Shown in pieces: positions 29,699-39,431 of a stretch of 64,000 nt of DNA (position 1 is the first letter of the stretch; each line of letters starts with the position of its first letter). The notes beneath the pieces are model-generated. The model saw nothing but the letters and a program-made list of their open reading frames with translations. It was not told the DNA's origin and made no database searches. Position numbers and translations under genes: made by a program. Source of the stretch: an uncultured bacterium (GTDB taxonomy: Bacteria > Bipolaricaulota > Bipolaricaulia > UBA7950 > UBA9294); contig CBDUVB010000008.1 in NCBI GenBank assembly GCA_965370555.1, positions 3,257 to 67,256 on the forward strand, written 5' to 3'.

Positions 29699-30574
29699 AT
29701 GCTCACGATCATCCTCCTGTCGCTCATCGGGTTCGTTTCGGGCTTGGCGATCTTCCTCGCGAGCAAGTTCCTCCCCAAGGAGGACAGTTCGTTTGAGGAG
29801 ACGGCACGGATCAAGGAGTTCCTCCCCGGTGCCGACTGTGGGGCCTGCGGTCATCCCGGCTGCTTCGCGTACGCACAGGCAGTAGCGAAAGAGAAACAGG
29901 TCTTCGTCAAGACGCCCTGCCCGACCCTTGCCCAGGATAAAGAAGGGATGAAGAGACTGGAGACGTACCTGGGACTGAAGGCCGAGGCAACGGTCGGCAA
30001 GAAGGCTGTTGTTCACTGCACAGGGCAGTCAGAACCGATCGCCGACTACCACGGGGTAGCGACCTGCAAGGGAGCGGCGCAGATCGCTTCCGGATTCAAG
30101 GAGTGTCCTTATGCCTGCCTCGGGCTCGGGGACTGCGTGACGGTCTGTCCGACCGGCGCAATCGCGATCGACCCCGAGAAGAAAATCGCCATCGTCGACT
30201 GGAAGAAATGTATCGGTTGCGGACTGTGCGTGGAGGCCTGCCCACAGGGCCTGACCGAACTCGTCCCGGCGGATATGCCGCAGTATCTGGGGTGCAATTA
30301 TCAGGCAGCGCGGGACATCCCCGGTAGGAAGCGATGCGCGGATGGGTGCATCCATTGCAAGATCTGCGTCAAGGTGTCGCCGAACGGCGAGGTAACGTGG
30401 AACGAGGAGAAGGACCTCCCTTATTTCGACCCGGAGAAGTCCCTTCCCGCCCCAGCGGCGATCGAGAAGTGCCCGCGGAAGATCATCAAGAAGACCGCAA
30501 CATACAAAGAGCCGTCAGCGATCAGCACTCAGCTGTCAGCAAAAGAAAACCGCTCCGCTAACGGGGAATGCTGA
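29699..30574 (+). CDS. rnfB: Rnf complex subunit B
   Basis: LPGADCGACGHPGC, CLGLGDCVTVCP, CIGCGLCVEACP. Confidence 0.94.
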   Translation: MLTIILLSLIGFVSGLAIFLASKFLPKEDSSFEETARIKEFLPGADCGACGHPGCFAYAQAVAKEKQVFVKTPCPTLAQDKEGMKRLETYLGLKAEATVGKKAVVHCTGQSEPIADYHGVATCKGAAQIASGFKECPYACLGLGDCVTVCPTGAIAIDPEKKIAIVDWKKCIGCGLCVEACPQGLTELVPADMPQYLGCNYQAARDIPGRKRCADGCIHCKICVKVSPNGEVTWNEEKDLPYFDPEKSLPAPAAIEKCPRKIIKKTATYKEPSAISTQLSAKENRSANGEC

Positions 30575-30622
30575 CGGCTGGTCGCTGAAACTGATTGTGC
30601 TGAGAGCTGACAGCTGATAGCT
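30511..30622. repeat. inverted arrays of 7-mer (GCTGAYa/g-like) repeats
   Basis: gtcagcgatcagcactcagctgtcagc ... gctgacggctggtcgctgaaactgattgtgctgagagctgacagctgatagc. Confidence 0.65.
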
Positions 30623-30628
30623 TCTTCC

Positions 30629-31840
30629 TCACACCGCTTCCGCAAAGGCACGCTTTCCTACCTGGATGAGGATGGGAGGGTTAAAGGGAAGGTCGAGATC
30701 TGCCGATGAGATCCGCTCGTCGTTGATCTTCACCCCGCCCTGCGCGATCAGGCGCTTGGCCTCCCCGCGGCTCTTCACAAGGCTCGAAGCTTGCAATAGA
30801 TCAACTATCCAGATCGCCCCACCCTCCTTGATGAGGGTACGATCGATCTGCACTTGTGGAACCTCGCTTGGGCGCTCATGCTGGATGTGCACACGGTCGA
30901 ACTCTTCCTGCGCCGCCATCGCCGCGTCTTTGTCGTGATAGATCGACACAATCTCTCTCGCCAGTACGCGTTTTGCATCGCGTGGTGCATCTTTGATCAT
31001 CGGCTGTACGTCCTCCACGGCGACGCCGGTGAGCTGGTAGAAATACTCGTATAGCAGGTTGTCCGGTATCGAGAGAATCTTTCCGTACATCTCCCCCGGC
31101 TCTTCGCCGATCCCCACGTAGTTTCCCGTTGTCTGGCTCATGCTGCGCTCTCCGTCCGTCCCGATCAACAACGGAACGGTGAGGATCACCTGCGGCTCCT
31201 GCCCGTATTCACGCTGAATGTCGCGCCCGACAAGGAGATTGAACAGCTGATCAGCCCCACCGAGCTCTACATCGGCATGGATCGCGACCGAGTCGTACGC
31301 TTGCGCCAGTGGATAGAGGAATTCGAGGATACTGATCGGAAGGTTACCGGCGAACCTCTTCGCGAAGTCGTCGCGTTCGAGCATGCGGGCAACGGTGTAC
31401 TTGGATGTCAGCGTGATCACGTCGGCAAAAGTGAGCTTTCCCAGCCACTCTGAGTTGTAGCGGATCTCGGTCTTCTCGGGATCGAGAATCTTAAACGCTT
31501 GCTCCACGTACGTAGCCATATTGCGCTCGATATCCCTTGTGTCCATCACCGCACGTGTGGATGATCTGCCGGAGGGATCGCCGATACGCCGTGTAAAGTC
31601 TCCCACAACGAGGACCCCCGTATGCCCGAGGTCTTGAAACTGACGCATCTTGCGCAAGGGAATCGAATGACCGAGAGTTAAGTGCGGGGCTGATGGATCG
31701 ATTCCCAGCTTGATCCGCAAGGGTTTTCCAGTCTGCTCCGATCGCTTAAGCTTCGCTATCAGATCCGGGACGGGAATCAGCTGATCCACGGTCGGGCGCA
31801 GTCTCACTTGGTCCACAAATTGAGTGGATTTTTCGTCCAT
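30629..31840 (-). CDS. tyrS: tyrosine--tRNA ligase
   Basis: IKLGIDPSAP, IGDPSGR, YPLAQAYDS, ELGGADQLFN, C-terminal S4 domain. Confidence 0.95.
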   Translation of the reverse strand: MDEKSTQFVDQVRLRPTVDQLIPVPDLIAKLKRSEQTGKPLRIKLGIDPSAPHLTLGHSIPLRKMRQFQDLGHTGVLVVGDFTRRIGDPSGRSSTRAVMDTRDIERNMATYVEQAFKILDPEKTEIRYNSEWLGKLTFADVITLTSKYTVARMLERDDFAKRFAGNLPISILEFLYPLAQAYDSVAIHADVELGGADQLFNLLVGRDIQREYGQEPQVILTVPLLIGTDGERSMSQTTGNYVGIGEEPGEMYGKILSIPDNLLYEYFYQLTGVAVEDVQPMIKDAPRDAKRVLAREIVSIYHDKDAAMAAQEEFDRVHIQHERPSEVPQVQIDRTLIKEGGAIWIVDLLQASSLVKSRGEAKRLIAQGGVKINDERISSADLDLPFNPPILIQVGKRAFAEAV

Positions 31841-31849
31841 CAGTGGCTC

Positions 31850-34252
31850 CTACGTTCGCACCACAGAGACAATACGATCATCTTCGTCCAAGTCGATCAG
31901 CTTTACCCCACGGGCGTAACGGCCGTAGGTGTTGATCGTTCCTGCGAGGATGCGAATCACCTTCTGTTCGGTGATTATGATGATCTCGTCCTGGCCGGAG
32001 ACAATCCCGATCGAGACGAGCGGGCCCGAATCGCGGTCGAGTTTAATCCCGAGAACTCCCTTTCCTCCACGTCCTTGCAGTGGAAAATCGGCCAAGGAGA
32101 CACGCTTCCCATAGCCGCGCTCGGTTACCATCAACAGTTTCTTATCCATGGTGATATCCCGCTCCATCGCGGCCATCCCGATCACGCAGTTCCCCTCTTC
32201 AAGTCGTATTCCGATCACTCCGCGCGATGGGCGCTTAGTCAGTCGCACGTCCGCCTCGCGGAAGCGGATCGATTTTCCATCTTGAGTGGCCAGTATGAGC
32301 TCACCATCTCCCGAGGTTCCGTGAACATCGACCAATCGGTCATCCTCATCAGCATTCATGGCGATGATTCCACCTGCATGGACGTTTGAGTAATCGGCAA
32401 GTCGATTCCGGTTGACGATCCCATTATGGGTCGCCATCAAACAGCGCTGCTCCCCCACTTCTTTAAAATCGGCGATGGGGAGAATGGATCGCACAACCTC
32501 GTCCTGTTCAAGGGCAACCACAGTACGCAGGTTCTTTCCCACCGCATCACGCTTCATCGACGGAAGCCGATACCCTTGCGTTCGGTAGACCCTCCGCTGA
32601 TCAGAGAAGACAAGAATCTCATCGCGTGCATTGACGAGGGAGGTCGAGCAGATATAGTCATCATCCTTCGTCCGCAACCCGATCACCCCCTTACCACCGC
32701 GTCCCTGGCTGCGGAATTCAATCGCCCGCGGGGCGTTGACGTAGCCGCGGTTGGTGATCGTCACCATAAGGTCATAGTCGGGGATAAGGCCATTGAAATC
32801 GACGTTCCCGCTCTCATCGGTGATCAGTGTTCGCCGCTCGCTCACATACTTCTCGGCGACCTCATGCAGTTCGCGCTTGATAGTCTCGTCCAACAGAATC
32901 TCGCTCCCAAGAATCCGTTCGTACTCAGTGATCGCACGCAATTTCTCCTCATACTCAGCATCGATCTTCTCCTGTTCGAGCGCGGTCAACTGGGAGAGAC
33001 GCATCTTCAGGATAGCGTCGGTCTGTTCGTCCGTGAGGGCGAGCTCCTCCTTGAGGTGAGCGGCAGCCGTCTTGGTATCCTTCGCGGCTCGGATGATCTC
33101 GATCACCCGCTCGATATTCGAGAGCGCTATGCGATACCCGTCCAGGATGTGGGCTCGTTTGCGGGCGACGTCCAACCGGTGCTCGGTTCGACGGCGCACC
33201 ACCTCGCGGCGGAAGTCGATGAAACAGTTGAGGATCTCTTTAAGTGTGAGCGTACGCGGATTCCCGTCGAGGATGACAAGGAAGACGGCCGCGAAGGTTC
33301 GTTCGAGCGGGGTGTACTTGAAAAGCTGGTTCAGAACGACATTCGGGTTAGCCGAGCGCTTCAACTCGACGACGATGCGCATCCCTTCGCGGTCGGACTC
33401 ATCGCGCAGGTCACTGATCCCGTCGATCTGGCCGGCATGGACCTTATTGGCGATCGACTCCACAATGGTCGATTTCTTTATCAAATACGGAATCTCGCTG
33501 ATGATGATCCGATCATCCTCAATCGTAGCCTTCCCGCGCACACTCATCTTCCCCTGGCCGGTGCGGTACATCTCCTCGATCCCGTCCCGCCCCATGATTA
33601 TTCCCCCAGTGGGAAAGTCCGGGCCGGGGATGTGCGCCATAAGGCCCTTCGCCGAGATATGCGGGTCGTCCATCAACGCGATGATCCCATCGATAAGTTC
33701 GCCCAGGTTGTGCGGTGGAATCTGGGTCGTCATCCCGACGGAGATCCCCCACGCCCCGTTCATCAACAGGTTCGGTACCTTAGCTGGGAGAACGACCGGC
33801 TCCTGGAGGGAGTCGTCGAAGTTCGGCGTCCAATCGACCGTACCCTCCCCTAGCTCTTCGAGAAACTCGGTGGCGATCGGTGAAAGCTTGGCCTCGGTGT
33901 AACGCATCGCTGCCGATGAATCCCCGTCGATCGACCCGAAGTTTCCCTGTCCATCAACCAGCGGATAGCGGTAGGAGAATGGTTGTGCCATGTTGACCAT
34001 CGTATCGTAGATAGCCGTATCTCCGTGCGGATGGAACTTACCCATTACCTCACCGACGATGCGCGCCGATTTCTTGTGCGATTTGGAAGGGATCAGGCCA
34101 AGTTCACGCAGGCCGTAGAGGATCCGCCGATGCACGGGCTTCAACCCATCGCGCACGTCGGGGATCGCCCTACCACGGATGACGCTCATCGCATAGTTGA
34201 TGTAGGACTGCTCCATCTCCTCTTCGATGAACGTCCTCTCGATTCGCTCCAT
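31850..34252 (-). CDS. gyrA: DNA gyrase subunit A
   Basis: [33 protein letters not shown] GyrA box. Confidence 0.95.
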   Translation of the reverse strand: MERIERTFIEEEMEQSYINYAMSVIRGRAIPDVRDGLKPVHRRILYGLRELGLIPSKSHKKSARIVGEVMGKFHPHGDTAIYDTMVNMAQPFSYRYPLVDGQGNFGSIDGDSSAAMRYTEAKLSPIATEFLEELGEGTVDWTPNFDDSLQEPVVLPAKVPNLLMNGAWGISVGMTTQIPPHNLGELIDGIIALMDDPHISAKGLMAHIPGPDFPTGGIIMGRDGIEEMYRTGQGKMSVRGKATIEDDRIIISEIPYLIKKSTIVESIANKVHAGQIDGISDLRDESDREGMRIVVELKRSANPNVVLNQLFKYTPLERTFAAVFLVILDGNPRTLTLKEILNCFIDFRREVVRRRTEHRLDVARKRAHILDGYRIALSNIERVIEIIRAAKDTKTAAAHLKEELALTDEQTDAILKMRLSQLTALEQEKIDAEYEEKLRAITEYERILGSEILLDETIKRELHEVAEKYVSERRTLITDESGNVDFNGLIPDYDLMVTITNRGYVNAPRAIEFRSQGRGGKGVIGLRTKDDDYICSTSLVNARDEILVFSDQRRVYRTQGYRLPSMKRDAVGKNLRTVVALEQDEVVRSILPIADFKEVGEQRCLMATHNGIVNRNRLADYSNVHAGGIIAMNADEDDRLVDVHGTSGDGELILATQDGKSIRFREADVRLTKRPSRGVIGIRLEEGNCVIGMAAMERDITMDKKLLMVTERGYGKRVSLADFPLQGRGGKGVLGIKLDRDSGPLVSIGIVSGQDEIIIITEQKVIRILAGTINTYGRYARGVKLIDLDEDDRIVSVVRT

Positions 34253-34334
34253 ACCAAAACCAGCCTCTCGTAACAGGGATATATACCAGTAAAGGTTACC
34301 GGAATTCTAGATGGGATGCAAACTTAAGCGCGTT

Positions 34335-35483
34335 TTAGATGATGGTGAATGGGTCGACCGCGTCACGTAGCGCGTCCCCCAAGAAGTTGAACGCGAGGAC
34401 CGCGACAACGATAAAGACACCTGGGATCAGGAGCCACGGATGTTCCTCTATCCCCGAGATGTTCGTCGCCGCGTTCAACAGCTGGCCCCAGCTCGTCATC
34501 GGCTCGTGAATGCCATAACCAAGGAAGGAGAGCGCCGCCTCGGTGAGCATCATCCCGGGAATGGTCAGCGTTGCTGCAACGACGAGGTAGCTCGTGATGT
34601 TCGGGGTGATGTGGCGCAGGATGATCCGTATATCACTCGATCCGGCCGCCTTTGCGGCGGAAACGAAATCCATCTGGCGGATAGCGAGGACCTGCCCGCG
34701 GATTATCCGCGCCATCCCTGCCCAGCTGACTATGGCCAAGGCCGCGATGATACCCAAGAAGACAATGGTGGCAGGAAATCCAAATCCCGAAAGGGCCGCC
34801 CCCATCACCAGGAGGATCGGGAGACCTGGTATCGCCATGAAGACCTCCCCAAATCGTTGGAGGAACATATCGATCCCCCCGCCGTAGTACCCGGAGATCC
34901 CTCCCAGAACAATCCCTATCGGGAAGATGATCAAGATAACGAGCGGACCGACCGCAAGGGAGATCCTCCCTCCGATCATGGTGCGGGTGAACAGATCGCG
35001 TCCATACGCATCCGCTCCAAGGAGGAAGATCATCGCTTCGTCGCCATTCGCTGAACGGGCTCCGAAGAGGTGAATGTCGGTCTTAAATAGACCAAGCATT
35101 TTGTACTCGGAGCCGCGGACGAAGAGGCGGATGTAGTATTTTGTGCTCGTGTCCTCGACAAAGGTCGGTGTATAGGTCACCCGGTCGAACTGCCGCGTGG
35201 TTTTGTAGACGAACGGGCGCAAGGAGAAACCATCATCACTGCGAAAATGGAGCGTAGACGGGGGAGAGAAGGAGTAGGAATTGTACTGGTCCTTATAGTC
35301 GTATGGCGCGACAAACTCCGCAAAGACCGCGCTCACAACTAAGATCAGCACGATCACCATACCGATGTTACCCAAACGGTGTTTGCGAAAGGCTCGCCAG
35401 ATCATCTGCCCCTGGGAGAGGCTTACGTGCTCGCGCTTTCTAACTTCTTTCTCTAATTCCTTCTTCTTGCGAAACCACGCCAT
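34335..35483 (-). CDS. peptide/oligosaccharide ABC permease (OppC/DppC-like)
   Basis: LGADAYGRDLF, AAKAAGSSDIRIILRHI, EAALSFLG. Confidence 0.92.
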   Translation of the reverse strand: MAWFRKKKELEKEVRKREHVSLSQGQMIWRAFRKHRLGNIGMVIVLILVVSAVFAEFVAPYDYKDQYNSYSFSPPSTLHFRSDDGFSLRPFVYKTTRQFDRVTYTPTFVEDTSTKYYIRLFVRGSEYKMLGLFKTDIHLFGARSANGDEAMIFLLGADAYGRDLFTRTMIGGRISLAVGPLVILIIFPIGIVLGGISGYYGGGIDMFLQRFGEVFMAIPGLPILLVMGAALSGFGFPATIVFLGIIAALAIVSWAGMARIIRGQVLAIRQMDFVSAAKAAGSSDIRIILRHITPNITSYLVVAATLTIPGMMLTEAALSFLGYGIHEPMTSWGQLLNAATNISGIEEHPWLLIPGVFIVVAVLAFNFLGDALRDAVDPFTII

Positions 35484-35506
35484 AGTCTATTTATCTCCTT
35501 AAAATC

Positions 35507-36499
35507 TTAGCCGTAGCGGATCCGTGGATCGACCCAGGCGAGCAGGATGTCCGCGAGCAGGTTCCCAATCAGCAAGAATAAGCTGAAGAAGAGGAGCCCG
35601 CCCATGATCACGTACGTATCCTGCCCCTGCAAGGCAGAAAAGAACGCCCGCTCTACAGTCGGCAGATTGAGGACGATCGCCGTCACCAGAGAGCCGGAGA
35701 CCAGTCCGGGAAGGCTCATCCCGAGCATGCTTACCAGCGGATTGATCGCGTTTCGGACCGCGTGCTTGTAGATGACGACCCTTTCATTCAGACCCTTGGC
35801 GCGTGCCGTCTGGACGTACTGGAGCGACAGGGTATCGAGGAGGCTCCCGCGCATGTAGCGCAGCAACCCGGCCATCCCGGAGGTGCCTATCACCAGCCAC
35901 GCCGGCCAAATGTGCCACAAGAGGTTCCAAAACTTCGCCAGCGACCAGGGAACCCCGATAAAGCGATTGTCGAACAGTCCACCGACTCCCAAACCGTAGT
36001 TCCCTACCTTGAAGATCGCGACAAGGACCCACAGCACAACCAGCGCGAAGAAGAAGTTGGGGACGGAAAGCCCTAAGAAACCGAAGAAAGTAAGGGTATG
36101 ATCGCTCGGCTTGTACTGGTGGGTCGCGGAGTAGATCCCCAGTGGGATGGCGATGAGCCATGTCAATAGCATCGTGGTTGATGCGATGATTATCGTCCAC
36201 ATAAATCGGTCGCCCATGAACAGGGTCCAGTAGACCGGCCGCATCGTCGCAAACGACGTACCAAAGTCACCCTTGGTGATTATCTGTTTGAACCATAGCC
36301 AGTACTGAACGACAAATGGCTTATCGAGCCCGTAGTTGGCCTTCATCCGGTTCAATGTCTCCTGCGTGACCTGTGGGTTCATCCTCGCCCGGCTCAGGTA
36401 ATCACCTGGCATGACTTGAATGAGACCGAACGAAATCACCGAGACAAGGATCAACAGCGGGAGCATGTAGAGAGTCCGCCGAACGATATATGTAATCAA
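35507..36499 (-). CDS. peptide/oligosaccharide ABC permease (OppB/DppB-like)
   Basis: YGLDKPFVVQY, YVQTARAKGL, DPRIRY. Confidence 0.92.
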   Translation of the reverse strand: MITYIVRRTLYMLPLLILVSVISFGLIQVMPGDYLSRARMNPQVTQETLNRMKANYGLDKPFVVQYWLWFKQIITKGDFGTSFATMRPVYWTLFMGDRFMWTIIIASTTMLLTWLIAIPLGIYSATHQYKPSDHTLTFFGFLGLSVPNFFFALVVLWVLVAIFKVGNYGLGVGGLFDNRFIGVPWSLAKFWNLLWHIWPAWLVIGTSGMAGLLRYMRGSLLDTLSLQYVQTARAKGLNERVVIYKHAVRNAINPLVSMLGMSLPGLVSGSLVTAIVLNLPTVERAFFSALQGQDTYVIMGGLLFFSLFLLIGNLLADILLAWVDPRIRYG

Positions 36500-36522
36500 A
36501 AGAAATTCCCTTTACGAAGATA

Positions 36523-36554
36523 AGGTGGGGCACAGTAGATCCAGTGCCCCACCT
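36523..36554. terminator. stem-loop between substrate-binding and permease genes
   Basis: AGGTGGGGCAC-N10-GTGCCCCACCT perfect 11-bp stem. Confidence 0.7.
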
Positions 36555-36565
36555 CAATTAGCCGC

Positions 36566-38401
36566 TTACTTGCGGAAGGCCAGGTCCATCGTCAGGCCGT
36601 TACTGCCACTCGGTGTGGCGGACGGGCTAGCGATATTCGCGTTCCCCAGCGTGTTGGAGTAGGCGTAGGTGAACGCCGAGTTGACGGTGTATACAAGGCC
36701 CAGGTCATCATCAGCCAGCGTGACCTGGTACTCCTTGTAGATCTCAAACGCCTCGTCGTTGTCGAGCGTCGCTACGGCAGCATCGAGAAGCCCATCGATC
36801 TTCTTCTCCAACTCGGTTGGCTCATCGGCAGCAGAGTAGTGCCAGAAGTGCAAGCCTCCGCCCGAGCTATAGACGTTCGCCCCGCTGTTCGGCTCGTTTC
36901 CACCGGTCAGTCCGAGGACGATCATCTCGCCGGTCGAGGCGAAGAGCTTGTCGACCAGCGTATTGAAGTCGACAGGAATGAAGTTGAGCTTGAGCCCAAT
37001 CTTGGCCGCACGGTCGGAGACGATGAGGCAGACCCCTTCGCGCACGGTGTTTCCGGCGTTGGTGTTCATTTCGATCTCAACGCGCGTTCCGTCCTCGTAG
37101 TCGCGCCAGCCATCGCCGTCGCGATCGATGATCCCGATTCCGTCTAGGAGCTCTCCAGCTTTAACGAGGGAGTACTCGAAGACGACCGCGTCCGTCTCGG
37201 TTACCGGTCCACCGTAGTAGTCACGACCAGCGTAGAACGGGGAGAGGTAGCTCACCGGGCTCCACTGTGGAACAGCAAGGCCGTTGAAGAGCGTATCGAT
37301 CATCGCCTGTTTGTCGACTAGGTGTGCCATCGCCGCACGGAAGTCGCGCGTGCGGAAGAGGGTCCGCAGGTTCTCGTACGTCCCCTCGGCAAGGCCGATA
37401 TCCTGGTTGATCCCGATCCACGAGGTCCCGTAGTTTGCCACATCCGGATCCACGAGGACGGTGAGGTTCTTCACCGCTTCCTCGCGCTTGAGGATGGGGA
37501 CGTCGGTCGCGCGGATTCCGAGACAATCGAGTTCGCCGTTACGGAACTTGAGGAGCGACACGTCCTGGCTCGCCACCGTCAGCACCACGTACTTGTCGAA
37601 GTAAGGGAGCTGCGTCCCTTCTGCATCGTAGTGGTAGTAGTAAGGGTTTCGCACCAGGGTCACGTACTGGTCAGGGGCGTAGCTCTCGACCATGAATGGG
37701 CCCATCCCGACGAGTTCCGCGGGATCGGTATCGAGTCCCCACGAGGAGTTGAACGTACCCACGGGCACGTCCGGGTTGAGCTTGTGCACGTACTGTGCCA
37801 CCGCGTGCTTCGGGAGGATCGGTGTGCCGATCGAGTTCAGGATCGGGCGGAAGATCATCGACAGGGTGACCTTCACCGTGTAATCGTCGACCTTCTCCAC
37901 CACCGGGTAGGTATCATCCGGAAGGATGAGGATGTCGCGGGTGTCGGTCTCAACGTCCTCGTTATAGATAAGGTCGTTGAACGTGAAGACGACGTCATCC
38001 GCGGTGAACGGCTCGCCGTCGGACCACTTGAGCCCTTCTCGCAGGTGGAAGGTGATCACCAAGTTATCCTCAGAGATGTCCCAGCCCTTCGCGAGCTCCG
38101 CCTCGAGCGCTCCGGTGACAGGGTTGATGTCGACCAGACCGCGCAGCATCATGTTGCAGTACTGAGTGGTGCTCGTCTCGTGCGCGGTAACAACGTTCCA
38201 CTTCTTGGGGTCGCTGATCGAGGCGACGTACATCGTGCCGCCTCGAACACCAGGCTCCTGGTTCTCGTAGGACGTGCCCGCCACACCAAGAGGGATGATC
38301 TTTGCGTCTGCCGGCTGCGTCGCATAGCCTTGTGCCATAACGATGGCAGAGGCAGAGAAAACGACCAGCAAGGCCGCCATAACTAAAACTAGCTTTTTCA
38401 T
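36566..38401 (-). CDS. family-5 ABC substrate-binding protein (OppA-like)
   Basis: signal peptide; LREGLKWSDGEPFTADDVVFT; GMGPF. Confidence 0.93.
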   Translation of the reverse strand: MKKLVLVMAALLVVFSASAIVMAQGYATQPADAKIIPLGVAGTSYENQEPGVRGGTMYVASISDPKKWNVVTAHETSTTQYCNMMLRGLVDINPVTGALEAELAKGWDISEDNLVITFHLREGLKWSDGEPFTADDVVFTFNDLIYNEDVETDTRDILILPDDTYPVVEKVDDYTVKVTLSMIFRPILNSIGTPILPKHAVAQYVHKLNPDVPVGTFNSSWGLDTDPAELVGMGPFMVESYAPDQYVTLVRNPYYYHYDAEGTQLPYFDKYVVLTVASQDVSLLKFRNGELDCLGIRATDVPILKREEAVKNLTVLVDPDVANYGTSWIGINQDIGLAEGTYENLRTLFRTRDFRAAMAHLVDKQAMIDTLFNGLAVPQWSPVSYLSPFYAGRDYYGGPVTETDAVVFEYSLVKAGELLDGIGIIDRDGDGWRDYEDGTRVEIEMNTNAGNTVREGVCLIVSDRAAKIGLKLNFIPVDFNTLVDKLFASTGEMIVLGLTGGNEPNSGANVYSSGGGLHFWHYSAADEPTELEKKIDGLLDAAVATLDNDEAFEIYKEYQVTLADDDLGLVYTVNSAFTYAYSNTLGNANIASPSATPSGSNGLTMDLAFRK

Positions 38402-38437
38402 TGAATTACCTCCTTAATCAATCACCAAGCTCGCTTT

Positions 38438-39229
38438 CTACGAACCGTAGCGAACAGCCAGCGCGACCTTGTAAGCAGCGCGATACTCGGCACTCTTCGT
38501 CCCAGCGATGGAGAGAAGGGTCGTCTCGATGTCGAGCGCTGTCAGGTCCGAGTTAATAAGAAGCGTAGCGAGGGCGATACTGCCTGCCACGCGCATACCC
38601 GCGCTCTCCCCGTTGATCGCCAACTCCTCGAGTTCGGCCTGGGTCTTGGGGTTGAACGAGAGGTAGAACCCGGACAGGATTTCACCGGCAGCGTACGCCA
38701 GTTCATCGCTATCGTTGGTCACTGCCTGTACCTCAAGATCCTCTGCTTTCAAGGACCCACGCATCATAAAGTAGTACGCCTTGGCAGCAGCGAGTTTCAT
38801 CTCATGGGTCTCACCATTTATCGCAATGTCCTTGAGATAATCGGTCAGGCTAAAGTCCTCGGCCTCACTCGTAACCGAGATAAGGTAGATCATCGCCGGT
38901 TCAATCGCAGCGGCACGGATCATCGGATCCGCTGTCCCCTTCAGAATAGCCATGATCTCTTCTTCCGTCTTCGCACGATACTGGATGGCAAGGGCCCCGC
39001 TCGCCGCGGTGCGCAGACCGATCGTGCGTCCGTTCGCCGCTAGAGCTTCCAGATCCGCTTCCGTCATCGTATCCGCATAGGAACCGGCAAGAGCGATTCC
39101 AGCAGCAGCGCTAATCTCGGGGATGAGTTCGTCCGAGACAATCGTCTCCAGACTCGCCACAGCCGCCATCGAGAACAGAGCTACCACACAAGCAACAACT
39201 ACCAGTGCCCGAAGGCCAGTAAGTTTCAT
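38438..39229 (-). CDS. secreted helical-repeat hypothetical protein
   Basis: signal peptide MKLTGLRALVVVACVVALFSMAAVA after GGAGG; repeated L..LA.NG.T...R.AA units. Confidence 0.75.
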   Translation of the reverse strand: MKLTGLRALVVVACVVALFSMAAVASLETIVSDELIPEISAAAGIALAGSYADTMTEADLEALAANGRTIGLRTAASGALAIQYRAKTEEEIMAILKGTADPMIRAAAIEPAMIYLISVTSEAEDFSLTDYLKDIAINGETHEMKLAAAKAYYFMMRGSLKAEDLEVQAVTNDSDELAYAAGEILSGFYLSFNPKTQAELEELAINGESAGMRVAGSIALATLLINSDLTALDIETTLLSIAGTKSAEYRAAYKVALAVRYGS

Positions 39230-39431
39230 TCTTGTACCTCCCTTATTACATTTACCACTATCGACCCAACATGCCCACTTACCGCGCGCCATCACCTCCA
39301 ACAATACGCAAGCCAATCTAGTGGAGTGCCTTGCGGAATCTATTTGATCATTAGTAGGATACCACAGATAGCGCCCCTTTGTCAATCATCCATAGGCCAT
39401 CCAAACGGCGTCCATAAACATCACTCTATTC

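Noticed and set aside
32426-33853. 475-aa plus-strand ORF (similar long ORFs at 37322-38386, 43013-44296, 46063-46935)
   Set aside because: Antisense to gyrA, oppA, argS/ftsY and ppdK; typical GC-rich shadow ORFs with no motifs
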